Shown here piece after piece: positions 1-12,299 of a stretch of 64,000 bases of DNA (within the stretch, counting starts at the first letter, position 1; every line of letters starts with the position of its first letter). Origin of the DNA: Azolla caroliniana (Eukaryota > Plantae > Polypodiophyta); assembly GCA_043228905.1 (NCBI GenBank), contig JBHGNT010000002.1, positions 19,406,001 to 19,470,000 of the forward strand, written 5' to 3'. The notes below the pieces were generated by a model. The model was not told the DNA's origin. It ran no database searches and worked only from the letters and a program-made list of their open reading frames with translations. Position numbers and translations under genes: made by a program.

Positions 1-1335
1 AAATTTTCGTACTCATTCAGGTGTGCCTGCACCGAGTCGGATTCTTTCATCCACAAGTTGTAGAGGTGCCGAATCAAATATATCTTTGTGGTGGCGACCT
101 TCCTCTCGACAATGTTTTCCATAGTTGTAAAGCAGTAGAACATGATTGCACTATGAAGTACATTGACTCCGACAAGTGCATCCGAATTGTGGCACGAACA
201 ATCCTGTCCAGCTTCTGTCATTTGTTCGGCTTGTATCCTTCTAGAACATTTTCAGTTTCGATGGGGTCGATTTTCCCCTTGACTATCAAATAGTCTTGCA
301 TCTGCTCCTTCCAGAAGTTGAAGTTCAATCCATCGAACTTCCTTAGACTCATCTGTGATGAACTGGATGTTGATGCCATTTGTGTCGGCTTATTAGACTC
401 TGTTTGGAGTTCACTACAAACGGTGGTGGGATGCAGCTGATTGGCTCACTCGATATCGGTCTAGTTGGATTCGAATGCAAGTCGAATCAACTTCGATTAT
501 TGGCTGATTCTATCCGGAGTGGCTACAATCGGTCGAGTTAGCCGAGTTGAATATGAGTCTGTCGATTTGATTCCGACGCCAATTTCTAGATGTCGATCAC
601 AAATTTTGTGTCGATTATCTAGGCCAATCCTGCTTTGAATGACTATGATCATGAGAGGGACGGAGCCGACTGGTCCCCCCAAATGTCATCTAGCCGAATG
701 AGGCACGGACATGGGTAACTGTTCCCTGGAGCTGGATCTTTTTTTCGAGAGGTTACAACACATGAGTAGATAGTTTCTAACTTGGTAAAGCACGATCGAG
801 GCCGATTTGATAGAGATTCCACTATGAGCAGCTGCAATCACAGAAGTAAGGTATTGCCGATTGGCCTACCTTAAGAGTGATCTAGCTCGGTGGAGTGCAA
901 ATCTTTTGTTTTCTTTCTCTTCCCAAGATGAGATCTTGAACTCGAGTTCTTCAAGGGAGACGAAGCAAGAATGTTGTTGAAGACTGATGACGGTTGGCAG
1001 CGAGTTGAAGAACCTCAACTCTGATACCAAATGTTGGGAACTGAGACCATCAATGCGGAACATCAACAACACTTTGAGATGAAGATCACCAAGTGTACAA
1101 ATGAAAGCAAGATCAAAGAACAGAATGAGAGAGAGGGAGAGATCAAGAGACACACAATGTAACAGTTTTATTCAAAAATGGTTATGTAATACAATGGAGG
1201 CAACAATTCTCTAACAATAGCAACAACCCTATGAACTAGGTTACAAACCTTGTTATATAGTAACAGAGCTAGGGCAACTACCCCTTGACATATTTACATA
1301 AATGTCCTAAATCTAATTTTTTCAAGGGAACAATG
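1..1335 (-). mobile_element. Degenerate Ty1/Copia LTR retrotransposon, 5' part (gag start, leader, PBS, part of the 5' LTR); runs off the left edge
   Basis: Minus-strand ATG at 379 reads MASTSSSSQMSLRKFDGLNFNFWKEQMQDYL.., a Copia gag N-terminus with later stops. ctctgatacca at 1019-1029 is the reverse complement of the tRNA-iMet PBS. The LTR edge tgttggg starts at 1032. The LTR is interrupted at 1336 and resumes after 6911. Confidence 0.8.
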
Positions 1336-1595
1336 TGACGGGAACTCAACACTCCTTATGCACAATGCTCGGCCACAACCGAGCTTAGAATCATACACAA
1401 AAAACAGGAAATGAAAAAACACGCGGCACAAAGGAGAAGAAAAATGTACACAAGATGTTTACGTGGAAAAAACCACGGCAGCCCACAAGCTGCAAACTAT
1501 CACTATGTTAGAATGTACAACAGTGAGTTCACGGAGGCAACGACCTCGTGCTCACGATCTTCACCACAGGCAGCGGTTACAACAGAGGCAACGAC

Positions 1596-1627
<32 letters not shown>

Positions 1628-1795
1628 GTACACTGTTACGCGCTCTATCTTCTTCTTGCACCAACAAGAATAACAACAACAACAGTCACTATAAGTTTGC
1701 CCTAAGTCATATTTATACTAATATGACTTTTCGGATATTTACAAATATAGCCTCGATGGACTCTCAGAAACATATTTACGAATATCTCTCTTCAT

Positions 1796-2135
1796 CCGGT
1801 GAGCATTCCTCACCGGGTCTGCACCATCCGGCTCTCCGTAGCGGGGCACTCCTCATCCGGTTCTCACCGGGTCTGCACCATCCGGCTCTCTGTAGCCGGG
1901 TACTCCTCATCCGGTTCTCACCGGGTCTGCACCATCCGGCTCTCCATAGCTGGGTACTCCTCATCCGGTTCTCACCGGGTCTGCACAATCCAGCTCTCCG
2001 TAGCCGGGTACTCCTCATCCGGTTCTCACCGGGTCTGCAACATCCGGAGGGACCGGTTCTCACCGGGTCTGCACCATCCGGCTCTCCGTAGCCGAGTACT
2101 CCTCATCTGGTTCTCACCGGGTCTGCACCATCTGG
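1796..2135. repeat. 54-bp tandem repeat in the Copia LTR (about 6 copies; about 4 copies at 6691-6890 in the other LTR)
   Basis: Unit ccggttctcaccgggtctgcaccatccggctctccgtagccgggtactcctcat; gives the 18-aa periodic spurious ORFs in the track. Confidence 0.9.
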
Positions 2136-2164
2136 AGGGACCTGTCTCCCAACAAACTCCCCCT

Positions 2165-5100
2165 TCACTCCAGCATGGGGTGTCTTACTAGTCCGATCCT
2201 CTTCCGGCATGCATCCAGCTTGTCGGGTATCAGAACTTTGGTCAGCATATCTGACCCGTTCTCGGCCGTGTGGATCTTCGTCAGCGCGAACTCTTGGTCA
2301 TCTACTCTTTCCCGGATCCAGTGATACCTTCGCTGGATATGCTTCGTCCGGGAATGGTGGGCCGCATTCTTAGCAAGGTGGATGGCACTTTGACTGTCGC
2401 AATAGAGTCGGTATTCATCTTGCCGGATACCGAGCTCTCCGATGAAGTCCTTCATCCATAATATTTCCTTGCCGGCTTCCACAGCTGCCATGTACTCCGC
2501 CTCCGTGGTTGACAATGCAACCGTCTTCTGCAGCCTCGACTGCCACGAAACAGCTCCCCCTACATATGTCATTACATACCCGGATGTAGACCGGCCGACA
2601 TGTCTGAATCGGTGAAACCGTCAAGTTGAGGTTTTCTGGAGCCGAATTGGAGACACATATTTGTAGTGCCCTTCAAATACCGGAGTATCCATTTGACCGC
2701 GTTCTAGTGCTCCTTGCCGGGATTGCTCATAAACCGGCTCACCACTCCGACTGTGTATCCTATATCCGGTCGGGTACACACCATTGCGTACATCAAACTC
2801 CCGACGGCAGAGGCATATGGAATCTTCATCATATCCGCCTTCTCTGCTTTCGTCTTCGGGCTTTGCTTACCGGATAGCCTGCAGTTTGCCGGAAGTGTCG
2901 ATCCGACCGGTTTCGCATCTGACATGTTGAACCGGTGAAGCACCTTTGTCACGTACTTCTCCTGTGACAGCCATAATTTCTTCTTTGACTGGTCCCGAAT
3001 GATGTGCATCCCCAGCATCTGTCTTGCCGGACCCAAGTCTTTCATTGAGAAGGTCCGGTTGAGAGCCTTCTTCAGCATCCGTATTTTGACTTGGTCCCGT
3101 CCGACGATCAACATGTCATTCACGTACAGAAGGAGTATCAGGAAGTCGCCTCCTTCGAACTTCTTCACAAACATGTAGTGATCGGCCTGCGTCTTGTGGT
3201 ACCCTTGATCGGCCATGAAGGAGTCGAACTTCAGGTACCATTGCCGGGGGGCCTGCTTCAGTCCGTACGGGCTCTTCTTCAACCGGCATACCAGGTGCTC
3301 CTTCCCTTTCTCCACGAATCCTTCCGGTTGCTGCATGTAGATCTCCTCTTCGAGGTCGCCGTGAAGGAATGTTGTCTTCACGTCCAACTGCTCTACCTCG
3401 AGGTCCATGCTTGTTGCTATACTCAGCACCGTCCGGATGGAGGTCATCTTTACTACCGGATAAAATATCTCGTCAATGTCCACGCCTTTTTTCTGCTGGA
3501 ACCCCTTCACCACGATCCTGGCTTTGTATCTCGGGGGGTTGCCGGCATCCCCCGGTTTCAACTTGTACACCCACTTATTTCGGAGTGCACGCTTTCCTTT
3601 TGGCAACTCCACCAATTCGTACGTATGGTTCTCATGCAGGGAATCCATCTCATCCTGCATGGCACTTAACCATTTTCGGCTGTGGGTGTCATCCTTCGCT
3701 TCTTCGAAGCTTTCCGGCTCCCCCTCATTGGTCAGCAGAACATGCTCTACATCCGGATATCACCGGGGGGGCCTTCTCTCTCTGAGAGGATATCTCCGTC
3801 TTCGGGCTTCGGTAACCGGCTCCTCCATTTGCTCTTCACTTGAATCCGATTCGGGGTCTTGGCCGGTTCCGGATTCGACTTCCTCTACTTCTTCTTCAGC
3901 TTGTTCGGTATCCTCACCGTATCCGGTTGGTTCTTCGAGTGCTAACCGGTCTCTCGCTGGTTGGGTCTCCTCATCGTAGAATCGATCCTTACCAGTCGAC
4001 TCGGAGTTCATTATCTTCTTCTCCGACTCCCAGTCGGCGAGCGTCTTGTCCTCCATGAAGATAATATCTCGACTCCGGAATACCTTCTTGTCGACCAGGT
4101 CCCACACTCGGTAGCCGAACTCATCGTCACCGTAACCGAGGAATATGCATGGCCGGGTCTTTGGATCTAACTTTCCTCTCCGGTCCTTAGCTACATGCAC
4201 GTACGCGAGACACCCGAACACCTTCAAATGCCGGCAGGATACTTCCTTACCGGTCCACACTCTCTGTGGTGTGTCTCCGTCCAAGGGTACTGAGGGTGAT
4301 CTATTTATCACATATGTTGCCGTCGACAGTGCCTCAGCCCAAAACTTCTTGGGTAGTTTTGCATGCGCTAGCATACTCCGGACCCTCTCCATTATGGTCC
4401 GGTTCATCCTCTCGGCCAGTTCGTTTAGTTCCAGCGTCTTCGGCACGGTAAATTCGAGCCGGATTCCCTTCGAGCGGCAATACTCCTCGAACTGCCCCCG
4501 GTATTCTCCTCCGTTATTTGCTCGAACTGCCTTCAGCTTCCGGCCGGTTTCTCTTTCCACTCTCACGTGGAGCTCTCTGAAGACGGATAGCACCTAATCC
4601 TTCATCTTCAACGGTGTGGCCCACAACTTCCAGTTGTGGTCATCTATGAACGTCACGAAGTACTGCGCTCCGGCATGTGACTTCGTGTCTACTTGACACA
4701 CATCCGTATGCACCAACTCCAGTGGTGCATTACGTCTCATCGGTGGCCTTGGTCGGAAGGAGGTCCGGTTTTGCTTACCGGCCAGACAATCAGTGCACTT
4801 CTCCAAGTGCACGTTCTGCACTGGAATGAGGTTGTCTTCTGCAAGCCTCTTCATCCCCTTCTCGCTCATATGACACAGCCTCTTGTGCCACAGCTCACCA
4901 GCAGTGTCGGATGCCACGTTCACTTCTTCCGAACATAACCGGGCATTCATCAGGTACAGTGTGTTGACCTTCCGGGCCCGAGCCACAATCAGGCTCCCTT
5001 TGCTGAACTTCATAACACCGTTCCAGATGCTACCCGTGTAGCCTTCATCATCTAGCCGACCGGCTGATATCAGGTTCAGTCGAACCTCCGGAACGTGTCG

Positions 5101-6193
5101 GACATCCTTCAGCAGCAACTTGCATCCGGTTGGTGTTGTCAGCCACACGTCTCCTATGCTGACAATTCGGCATGTACCTTCATTCCCCATCCGGACACAG
5201 CCGTGATCACCAGCTGAGTAGGATGAGAAGCATTTTCGGTCCGGGGTAAGGTGGAATGACGCTCCGGAGTCTACCACCTAGGTTCTCGTCGCCAGCAAGG
5301 TTTATCTCACTCTCCTCGGTGATGAGCATCAACTCTTCTTCACTTGCCGCGATTGCCGTCGTTCCCTTCCGGTCCGTTCCCCTCCGGTCTTTACCGTTCC
5401 GGTCCGGGGTCCGCTTCGAACCGGTACCGTCGGTTTCCTTGTCTTTACGGAAATGCCGACAGTTCTTTTGGAAGTGTCCCGACTTGCCGCAATAGAAGCA
5501 AGTAGGCCTCCCCCTTGACTTTGACCGTGTCCCCGACTTCTCCCAGTTCTGGGGACTACGGTTTCTCTGTCTTCCGCGTTCCGATTCGGTAAGGAGCGCT
5601 TTGGAGTTGAAGCTCGTATCTTTATCTTTCCGACGCGCCTCCTCATCTAGCAAGCTCGACTTTACTCTTGCTAGGGATAACCGCCTTCCTTCCGGCCCGG
5701 CGTTGCCCAAAGTGACAACCAACATCTCCCAGCTATCCGGGAGGGAACCGAGCAGGAGTAGCGCTAGTACCTCATCGGCGAGAGGTACTTCCAATGATGT
5801 TGCCTGGTGGATCAGCCCCTGGAAGGCATTCATGTGCTCCGCCATGCTGGAGCCATCTTGGTACCGGAGTCTTACTAGCTTCCGGAATACCGAAACCTGA
5901 TTAACAACATTTTTGTTTTGAAACATTATGCCGATCTTCTCCCAGAGCTCATGAGCCTTGCTCTCTTCATTGAAGTTGTTGTACAGGCTCATGTGGATGA
6001 AGCACCGTATGTACGCCGTTGTCTTCATGTGCATCACCTCCCATATCGCGACGTCTATTTTGTCCGGTCTCTTGTCCCCGAACTGAACCGGTAGCCAGAG
6101 GTCTTTAACCACGAGCATGTCCCTCATCTTCGACTTCCACACTGAATAGTTGGAGCCGGTGAGCTTGAACATGCCGCCAAACGATTCGTCCAT
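2165..6193 (-). pseudogene. Copia gag-pol polyprotein, disrupted
   Basis: Gag with CFYCGKSGHFQKNC knuckle, protease VDSGAS, GAG-pre-integrase LWHKRLCH, integrase, RT (YVND), RNase H (STTEAEY, HSRTKHI). In-frame stops at 4594, 3760 and 2704, and frame changes near 5280 and 2600. Confidence 0.9.
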
Positions 6194-6942
6194 TTTCTGT
6201 GTCGTTTCTCTCTGATACCACTTGACGGGAACTCAACGCTCCTTATGCACAACGCTCGGCCACAACCGAGCTTAGAATCATACACAGAAAACAGGAAACG
6301 AAAAAACACGCGACACAAAGGAGAAGAAAAATGTACGCAGGATGTTTACGTGGAAAACCCAAACTAAGGGAAAAACCACGGCAGCCCACAAGCTGCAAAC
6401 TATCACTACGTTAGAATGTATAACAGTGAGTTCACGGAGGCAACGACCTCGTGCTCACGATCTTCGCCACAGGCGGCGGTTACAACAAAGGCAACGACCT
6501 CTTTCTCTCTCTCTCTCTCTCTCTGTACACTGTTACGCGCTCTATCTTCTTCTTGCACCAACAAGAATAACAACAACAGTCACTATAAGTTTGCCCTAAG
6601 TCATATTTATACTAATATGGCTTTTCGGCTATTTACAAATATAGCCTCGATGGACTCTCAGAAACATATTTACGAATATGTCTCTTCATCCGGTGAGCAT
6701 TCCTCACCGGGTCTACACCATCCGGCTCTCCGTAGCGGGGCACTCCTCATCCAATTCTCACCGGGTCTGCACCATCCGGCTCTCTGTAGCCGGGTACTCC
6801 TCATCCGGTTCTCACCGGGTCTGCACCATCCGGCTCTCCGTAGTCGGGTACTCCTCATCCGGTTCTCACCAGGTCTGCACCATCTGGAGGGACCTGTCTC
6901 CCAACGCAATGTGAATACAACCATTATATGTCCATATTCGAT

Positions 6943-7215
6943 AGCAAGCCAGATTGGAGTTCAAGGAGCAACAACCAGATGAAGGAGAGTGAGCCGGATA
7001 AGTTGGATCCAACGAAGAAGTGAGACCAGATCTGGATCCGAAGAGGCATCCAGAAAATGTGATATTTGTAAATAGGTTCTGTCACACATATTTGGGCCAG
7101 AATTGCAAATAGCCCTAAAGTTGTATTAGTATAAATACAACTAGGGTGAATCACTATGTATGATGATGAATGAAAGTTGTTGTTGGTTGTTGCCTCTGTA
7201 ACTAAGACAATGTAG

Positions 7216-7284
<69 letters not shown>

Positions 7285-7565
7285 TGTGTGTGTGTAGTAT
7301 CTCTGTAACCGTTTGTGGATGAAGAAGAACTCAATGTAGTTGCCTTGAAGTTCCTTGTTGTATACCTCCTACCATAGTGATTCTTTTTGGAGTTTGTGGA
7401 GTCCCGTGTTTTTCCCGTTTTAGGATTTCCACGTAAAATACTTGTGTCTCTGTACTTTCATTTCTGTTTTCTATCATTTTTGTCGTATGCACTTGCACTT
7501 GCATACGCATACGTATGAACCGATTGTGGTCAGTCGAATGCTTATCACATCCAATTTCCGTATGT
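6943..7565 (+). mobile_element. LTR-like fragment containing a (GT)n(GA)n microsatellite
   Basis: Contains a TATAAAT box, a compound microsatellite at about 7217-7293, and tttccacgtaaaatacttgtgt resembling the reverse complement of the neighbouring Copia LTR. Ends not resolved. Confidence 0.45.
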
Positions 7566-9008
7566 TGTTTGTCGACTCAAAAAGCCTCTCTACAACTTCA
7601 AGCAGGCTCCTAGAGCATGGAACTCGAAGATCACTCAATATTTTCATCAAATCGGCTTCAAAATGTCCAAATCTGACAATTCCTTGTTCACCCGAAGCGA
7701 CTCCAGAGGATAGTTATTCATTATAATATATGTCAACTACTTGGTCATTGGAGAAGAGCACATAGCCGATATCAATCATATCAAGAAGCTTCTCTCCGGC
7801 ATCACTTCCTCGGTATAGAAGTAATTCGGACCTGAATGACATCATGATCTCTCAAAGGCACTACAATTAGAGTGCAAACCTGTGGCAACCCCTCTCAATT
7901 AGAACCTTAAGCTAGATGTTGAGTGTGGCACAGAAGAATGTGAGTTGATTCGCTATCGGCAACTGGCCGGAAGCCTAATCTATCTTACCATTACATGACC
8001 CAACCTTCGCTATCCGATTGATTTCCTTAACCAATTCATGTAGACACCTCATGACATTCATCTAGATTGTGCTAAGCAAGTGCTAAGGTATGTAAGTGGT
8101 ACTATGAATTACGACATCCTCTACAAATCAAGAATGACGATTCGACTCGAAGGGTACACAGATGTAGACTGGACCGACTAAACACCTAATAGATGATCAA
8201 CTTCCGGATTCATCTTCTCTCTTGGTAGTGGTGCCATATCATGGAGGAGCAAAAAGCATACGGCAGTCGCACTATTGAGCACAGAGGCCAAATACAAGGG
8301 CACAGACATTGTCGCCTGTGAAGCTATTTGGCTTAAGAGGAAACTAAAGGATCTAAACGTCTACATTGTCGATCCAATCCTCCCATACTGCGACAACCTT
8401 AGCAACATACACCTTGCTCACAACCCAGTTTTCCAAGCCCGGACTAAGCACATCAAGGTGCATTATCACTTCATCCGAGAACGTGTCTTGGTTGGAGATG
8501 TCGACTTGCAACATATCGACACGAGCCTTCAAACAACTGACATCTTCACGAAGGCCTAGGAGCTGACAAGCTTCGACAATTCACATCGGATCTTGGTCTT
8601 TCAAGCTCTAACTTGTTGAGCTTGAGGAGGAGTAAGCCTGAACCAAAAGCAAAGTGAGTTAGCATCACCAAGTCAAACCTAGACGGAGCCGGATGAAGCC
8701 AAACGAACAAAGGAGGGAGAATGAAGCTGAAACCGACTATGGAAGCCGACCGGATACTAGTAGATGAAAGTCTATTGTCCGTCGATCGGAAGTTGAGCTT
8801 GAAGGGGCATGTTGAGAATCAAACTCAACTTCTCTATGGTGTGAACACATTTTAAGAGTATTCAAGTGTGTGAAAACCCCACTACTATGTAACATAACTA
8901 ATGTGTCATAAGACTTAACTTCTATGACACATAGTTTGTAGGTAGGTAGTTAAGTCCCCACCTCTTTCCCAAGAGGTAGTAAGAGAGTGTAGTCTGTACA
9001 GAGAAGGT
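7566..9008 (+). mobile_element. Truncated degenerate Copia 3' half (RT/RNase H, PPT, start of 3' LTR)
   Basis: Frameshifted RT (KQAPRAW) and RNase H (STEAKY..RTKHIKVHYHFIRE..DIFTKA). PPT gaaggggca at 8801-8809, then LTR tgttgagaatcaaactcaacttc at 8810, similar to the LTR start at 47884. Confidence 0.8.
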
Positions 9009-10120
9009 TGTCACAATACAATGACATAAAATACGTAGTTGGTGAGTATTGAACTTGCAACCTCATGTCAACAAGATGTCAAACTTCAATATTTTAATAT
9101 AAGCATGTATTTATATATCATGTACTTGATCTAGAAATACTCTCGAGTCACATACCCCTAGAAAGTTCTAGAACTAGAAGGACGCTTCCTCATCATCGTC
9201 TTCGTTGTTTCGAAAGACGCTTCCTCATCATCATCGTCTTCGTTGCCTTGTATTCGACATCATCATTTTCAATACCTCTTGTTGTCTTCATCAAATGCTA
9301 CTAAGCCCAACCTTCATTGTCATCAACACTACTTTGTATGTTCTTTCATCATCATCATTGTTCCACCCTCTTCATTTTCATTGTCATCATCTATAGGTAT
9401 CATTTTGCATCACGATTTTGGTGAGGATTGATTTAGATCACTCACCTTCCCAGCTCCGGTGGGTGTCACAACCACTCATTATCCTGGTGGAGATCGCGTC
9501 AGTTTCTCGCTAGTGCCCTCTCATGATAGAAGAAGTCGAGTTGACCGCTTTGTCTACACTCCTTCACTTGGCGGTGTTCCAGTTCCAGGTGAGGACCACA
9601 TGGTCACTCATGCGCGTTCGTGTTCCAATTCCAGTTCCCAGTGAGGACCGCACATGGTCGCTCACATTCCAGTTCCCGGTGAGGGCCGCACATGGTCGCT
9701 CATGCCCATTGGTGTTCGTGTTCCCGGTGAGGACCACACATGGTTGCTCATGCTCGTTGGTGTTCATGTTCCCCATGAGGACTGCACATGGTCGTTCACG
9801 CCCGTTGGTGTTCATGTTCCCGATGAGGAGCATACATGGTCACTCATGCCTGTTGGCGTTCCAATCTTCGGTGAGCACCAGACATGGTCACTCACACTAG
9901 TTGGTGTCATTGGTGTTCCAATCTCCGATGAGGACCACACATGGTCGCTCACGCTTGTTGGTGTTCCAGTCTCCGCTGACCCTACACCACACTTTCGAAA
10001 GACAGCCGTACAGGGGAGGATAATGTCACAATACAGTGACATAAAATACGTAGTTGGTGAGGATTGAACTTGCAACCTCATTTCGACAAAGTGTCATACT
10101 TAACCATTTTGATATAATGT
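9009..10120 (+). mobile_element. Small non-autonomous LTR-type element remnant with an internal tandem array of about 48-bp units
   Basis: Direct repeat tgtcacaataca.tgacataaaatacgtagttggtgag.. at 9009 and 10024, the second preceded by the polypurine tract caggggaggataa. Internal repeats ggtgaggacc.cacatggtc.ctca at about 9575-9975. No enzyme domain seen. Confidence 0.6.
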
Positions 10121-10529
10121 TTACTTGGATGTGGTTTCATTTATTTAGTAGATTTAAGCCAATGCATCCAATAATGAAAGTTCAACCACGATCATTGGGG
10201 TATCTAAAACCATTTTTTGTGAAATGCTTAAAAGTCTGATTCACATGTTATTGTTTTTACCATGTTTTCCTAAGGAAACAATTGATAACTCACATATGCC
10301 AAGTGATTTTGTCTTGTTCTTTAAAGTTATACTTGATAAATAAAGTTAAAACCATGAATGTTTCGAATGTATTTTCCTTTGCTTCATAGGTAAACATAAT
10401 ATGACATTGTACAATTTTGTGGTTATACAATACTATGAATGAGATCTAGTTTATCTTAGACACATGGCCAAATATTGGAACAAGGTAATATTTTTCACAA
10501 CTTAAGTTATCCTATTGGTTTTGATATCA

Positions 10530-10635
10530 CACAATTTGGATGTTTGATTTGGATATAGCTTACTATCATTGATAGATCTAGATACAAATTGATCTATCAT
10601 AGTAAGCTATATCCAAATCAAACATACAAATTGTG
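10530..10635. repeat. Near-perfect inverted repeat (hairpin)
   Basis: cacaatttggatgtttgatttggatatagcttacta pairs with tagtaagctatatccaaatcaaacatacaaattgtg (35/36), plus inner tgatagatc/gatctatca. Confidence 0.9.
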
Positions 10636-12299
10636 AGCAACTCAAAATGGTATAACCCAAAAATGATTCCTATGATTTCTTATTTTCGTCATACATGTAC
10701 GTCCCCAAAGTACTTAGGGGGAGCAACCCTATTCAACTTGGAAGATCATATGGTTGTTCCAAGGCTCAACCTCTTAAAAGGTATATTTATAGGAAATCAA
10801 TCTGCTTGGGTTTAATATGTTATTTTATAGAAAATGTTTATGTATACCATGGGAAAATAAAGATTCTAGCTTCATGGTAGGATGTTTTCAATAGTGTTGG
10901 TCATGTTAAGTTTTAGAATCTATTATGTATAGACACTTATTGCTCTCCTTAAAATAAAATTTGAAATTTTTTAAGTGTCAACAATTAGAATGCAAACAAC
11001 ATAGTTGTTCTCCACCAATAAAGATGTTTGTATCCTCATGGCTCCCACATTGGCATGAAAAAGAGAGTATGAATTCAATTATTACATACCAAAGCTTAAC
11101 CAAGGTTCATACACCTCCCAAATATGGTCATATTTGGCAATAATTATCTACATTGGCTATTCTTGTGGCCCATATGAAGTTGTGTTTGACTACCTTTGTT
11201 ATCGGGTTCTGTAGTAATATTTGATTATAAGAAAGAGGTTATTGTTTGATTATCTCCATGAAGTAGAACAAGAGTTATGTAGGAGTAAAGGAAAATTGGC
11301 TTGGCCACTTCCACAACCAAGATTTCCTAGAGAATTTGCCCTTTCGTCACTTTTTCTTACAACAACGTAGAGAAAAAACCATGCTATAAGTTCATCATTG
11401 GGTTTTTCTTATTGTCTTGTTGTTTTAACATACACACCACTTTTATGAGAAAGAACCTACTCCGAAAACATTACTCCTTACTCTTGTGCTTTTCTCAAAT
11501 AGGTGGGTTTCTTTTTAGAAAAGTCACTCTATCTAAATTTGTGTAATACCATGTAAATTGCAAAACAAACTCCCGTGTGACATGGCTCTCATCCCAAACT
11601 TCCAATCGATAGCCCTGTTCCTCTTTCCCTCTTTTTCCCTAAGGTTTCAAACACGGAAACTATATATTGAAACCCTCACTATTTGTACTATGTATAAATG
11701 TCATGCCAAACATTCATACTTTTATGGAAGTTCTTATGACCTTTTGTTGATGGCACTTCTTCATAGACTTATGGACCTAACCTTATGAACTTGTAAATGA
11801 GAACTTTGTCAATTGGCTGATCCAACCTTTTTATTTCACATGCTACGGTGTCATGCCTTTTCGGCACCGGATCGTTGCGTGAATCAGGTGGGAACCGTTG
11901 GGGTTTTGGACTAGGAGGTTGGGTAATTTGAGGCAAATAAGAATGTGAATAGGTTGTACGTAAGAGATATAAAAACCTTGTGAATCCCACGAGTATAGTG
12001 TATTAATCAATACTTAGATAAGAATTTGAATTTAGATTGAAAGAAAGAGATAAATAATTTGTGAATCCTACAAGTATAGTTTATTAATCAACCCTTCTAA
12101 AAAAATCAACAACCACCCTTACAATTTGCCCCCTCCATCATTTATACTTAGTCAATCGGGTACTCTACACATATTTTACATACTGTACAAAGCACACTAT
12201 GACACTCACCCCCTCCGAACCTGCACATTTTCCGGTATGTGCCGACATTTCCAGTACTTTTTACTCTTCTTCATCCATAGCACCCTCCGTTTCTTCCCA

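Larger units (their letters stand above)
1336..6906 (-). mobile_element. Full-length Ty1/Copia LTR retrotransposon (Tnt1/Tto1-like), inactivated
   Basis: LTRs at 1336-2154 and 6223-6906. TSD CAATG at 1331-1335 and 6907-6911. tRNA-iMet PBS at about 6209-6220 and PPT at 2155-2165 (aagggggagtt on minus). Domain order is gag-PR-INT-RT-RH. Confidence 0.95.

Noticed and set aside
1411-2191. ORFs of 95-226 aa in the Copia LTRs (also 6342-6982)
   Set aside because: Produced by the 54-bp repeat and microsatellite; no domain recognised.
10640-11520. Possible very old Gypsy integrase remnant on the minus strand
   Set aside because: Only faint motif traces; too decayed to support by eye.
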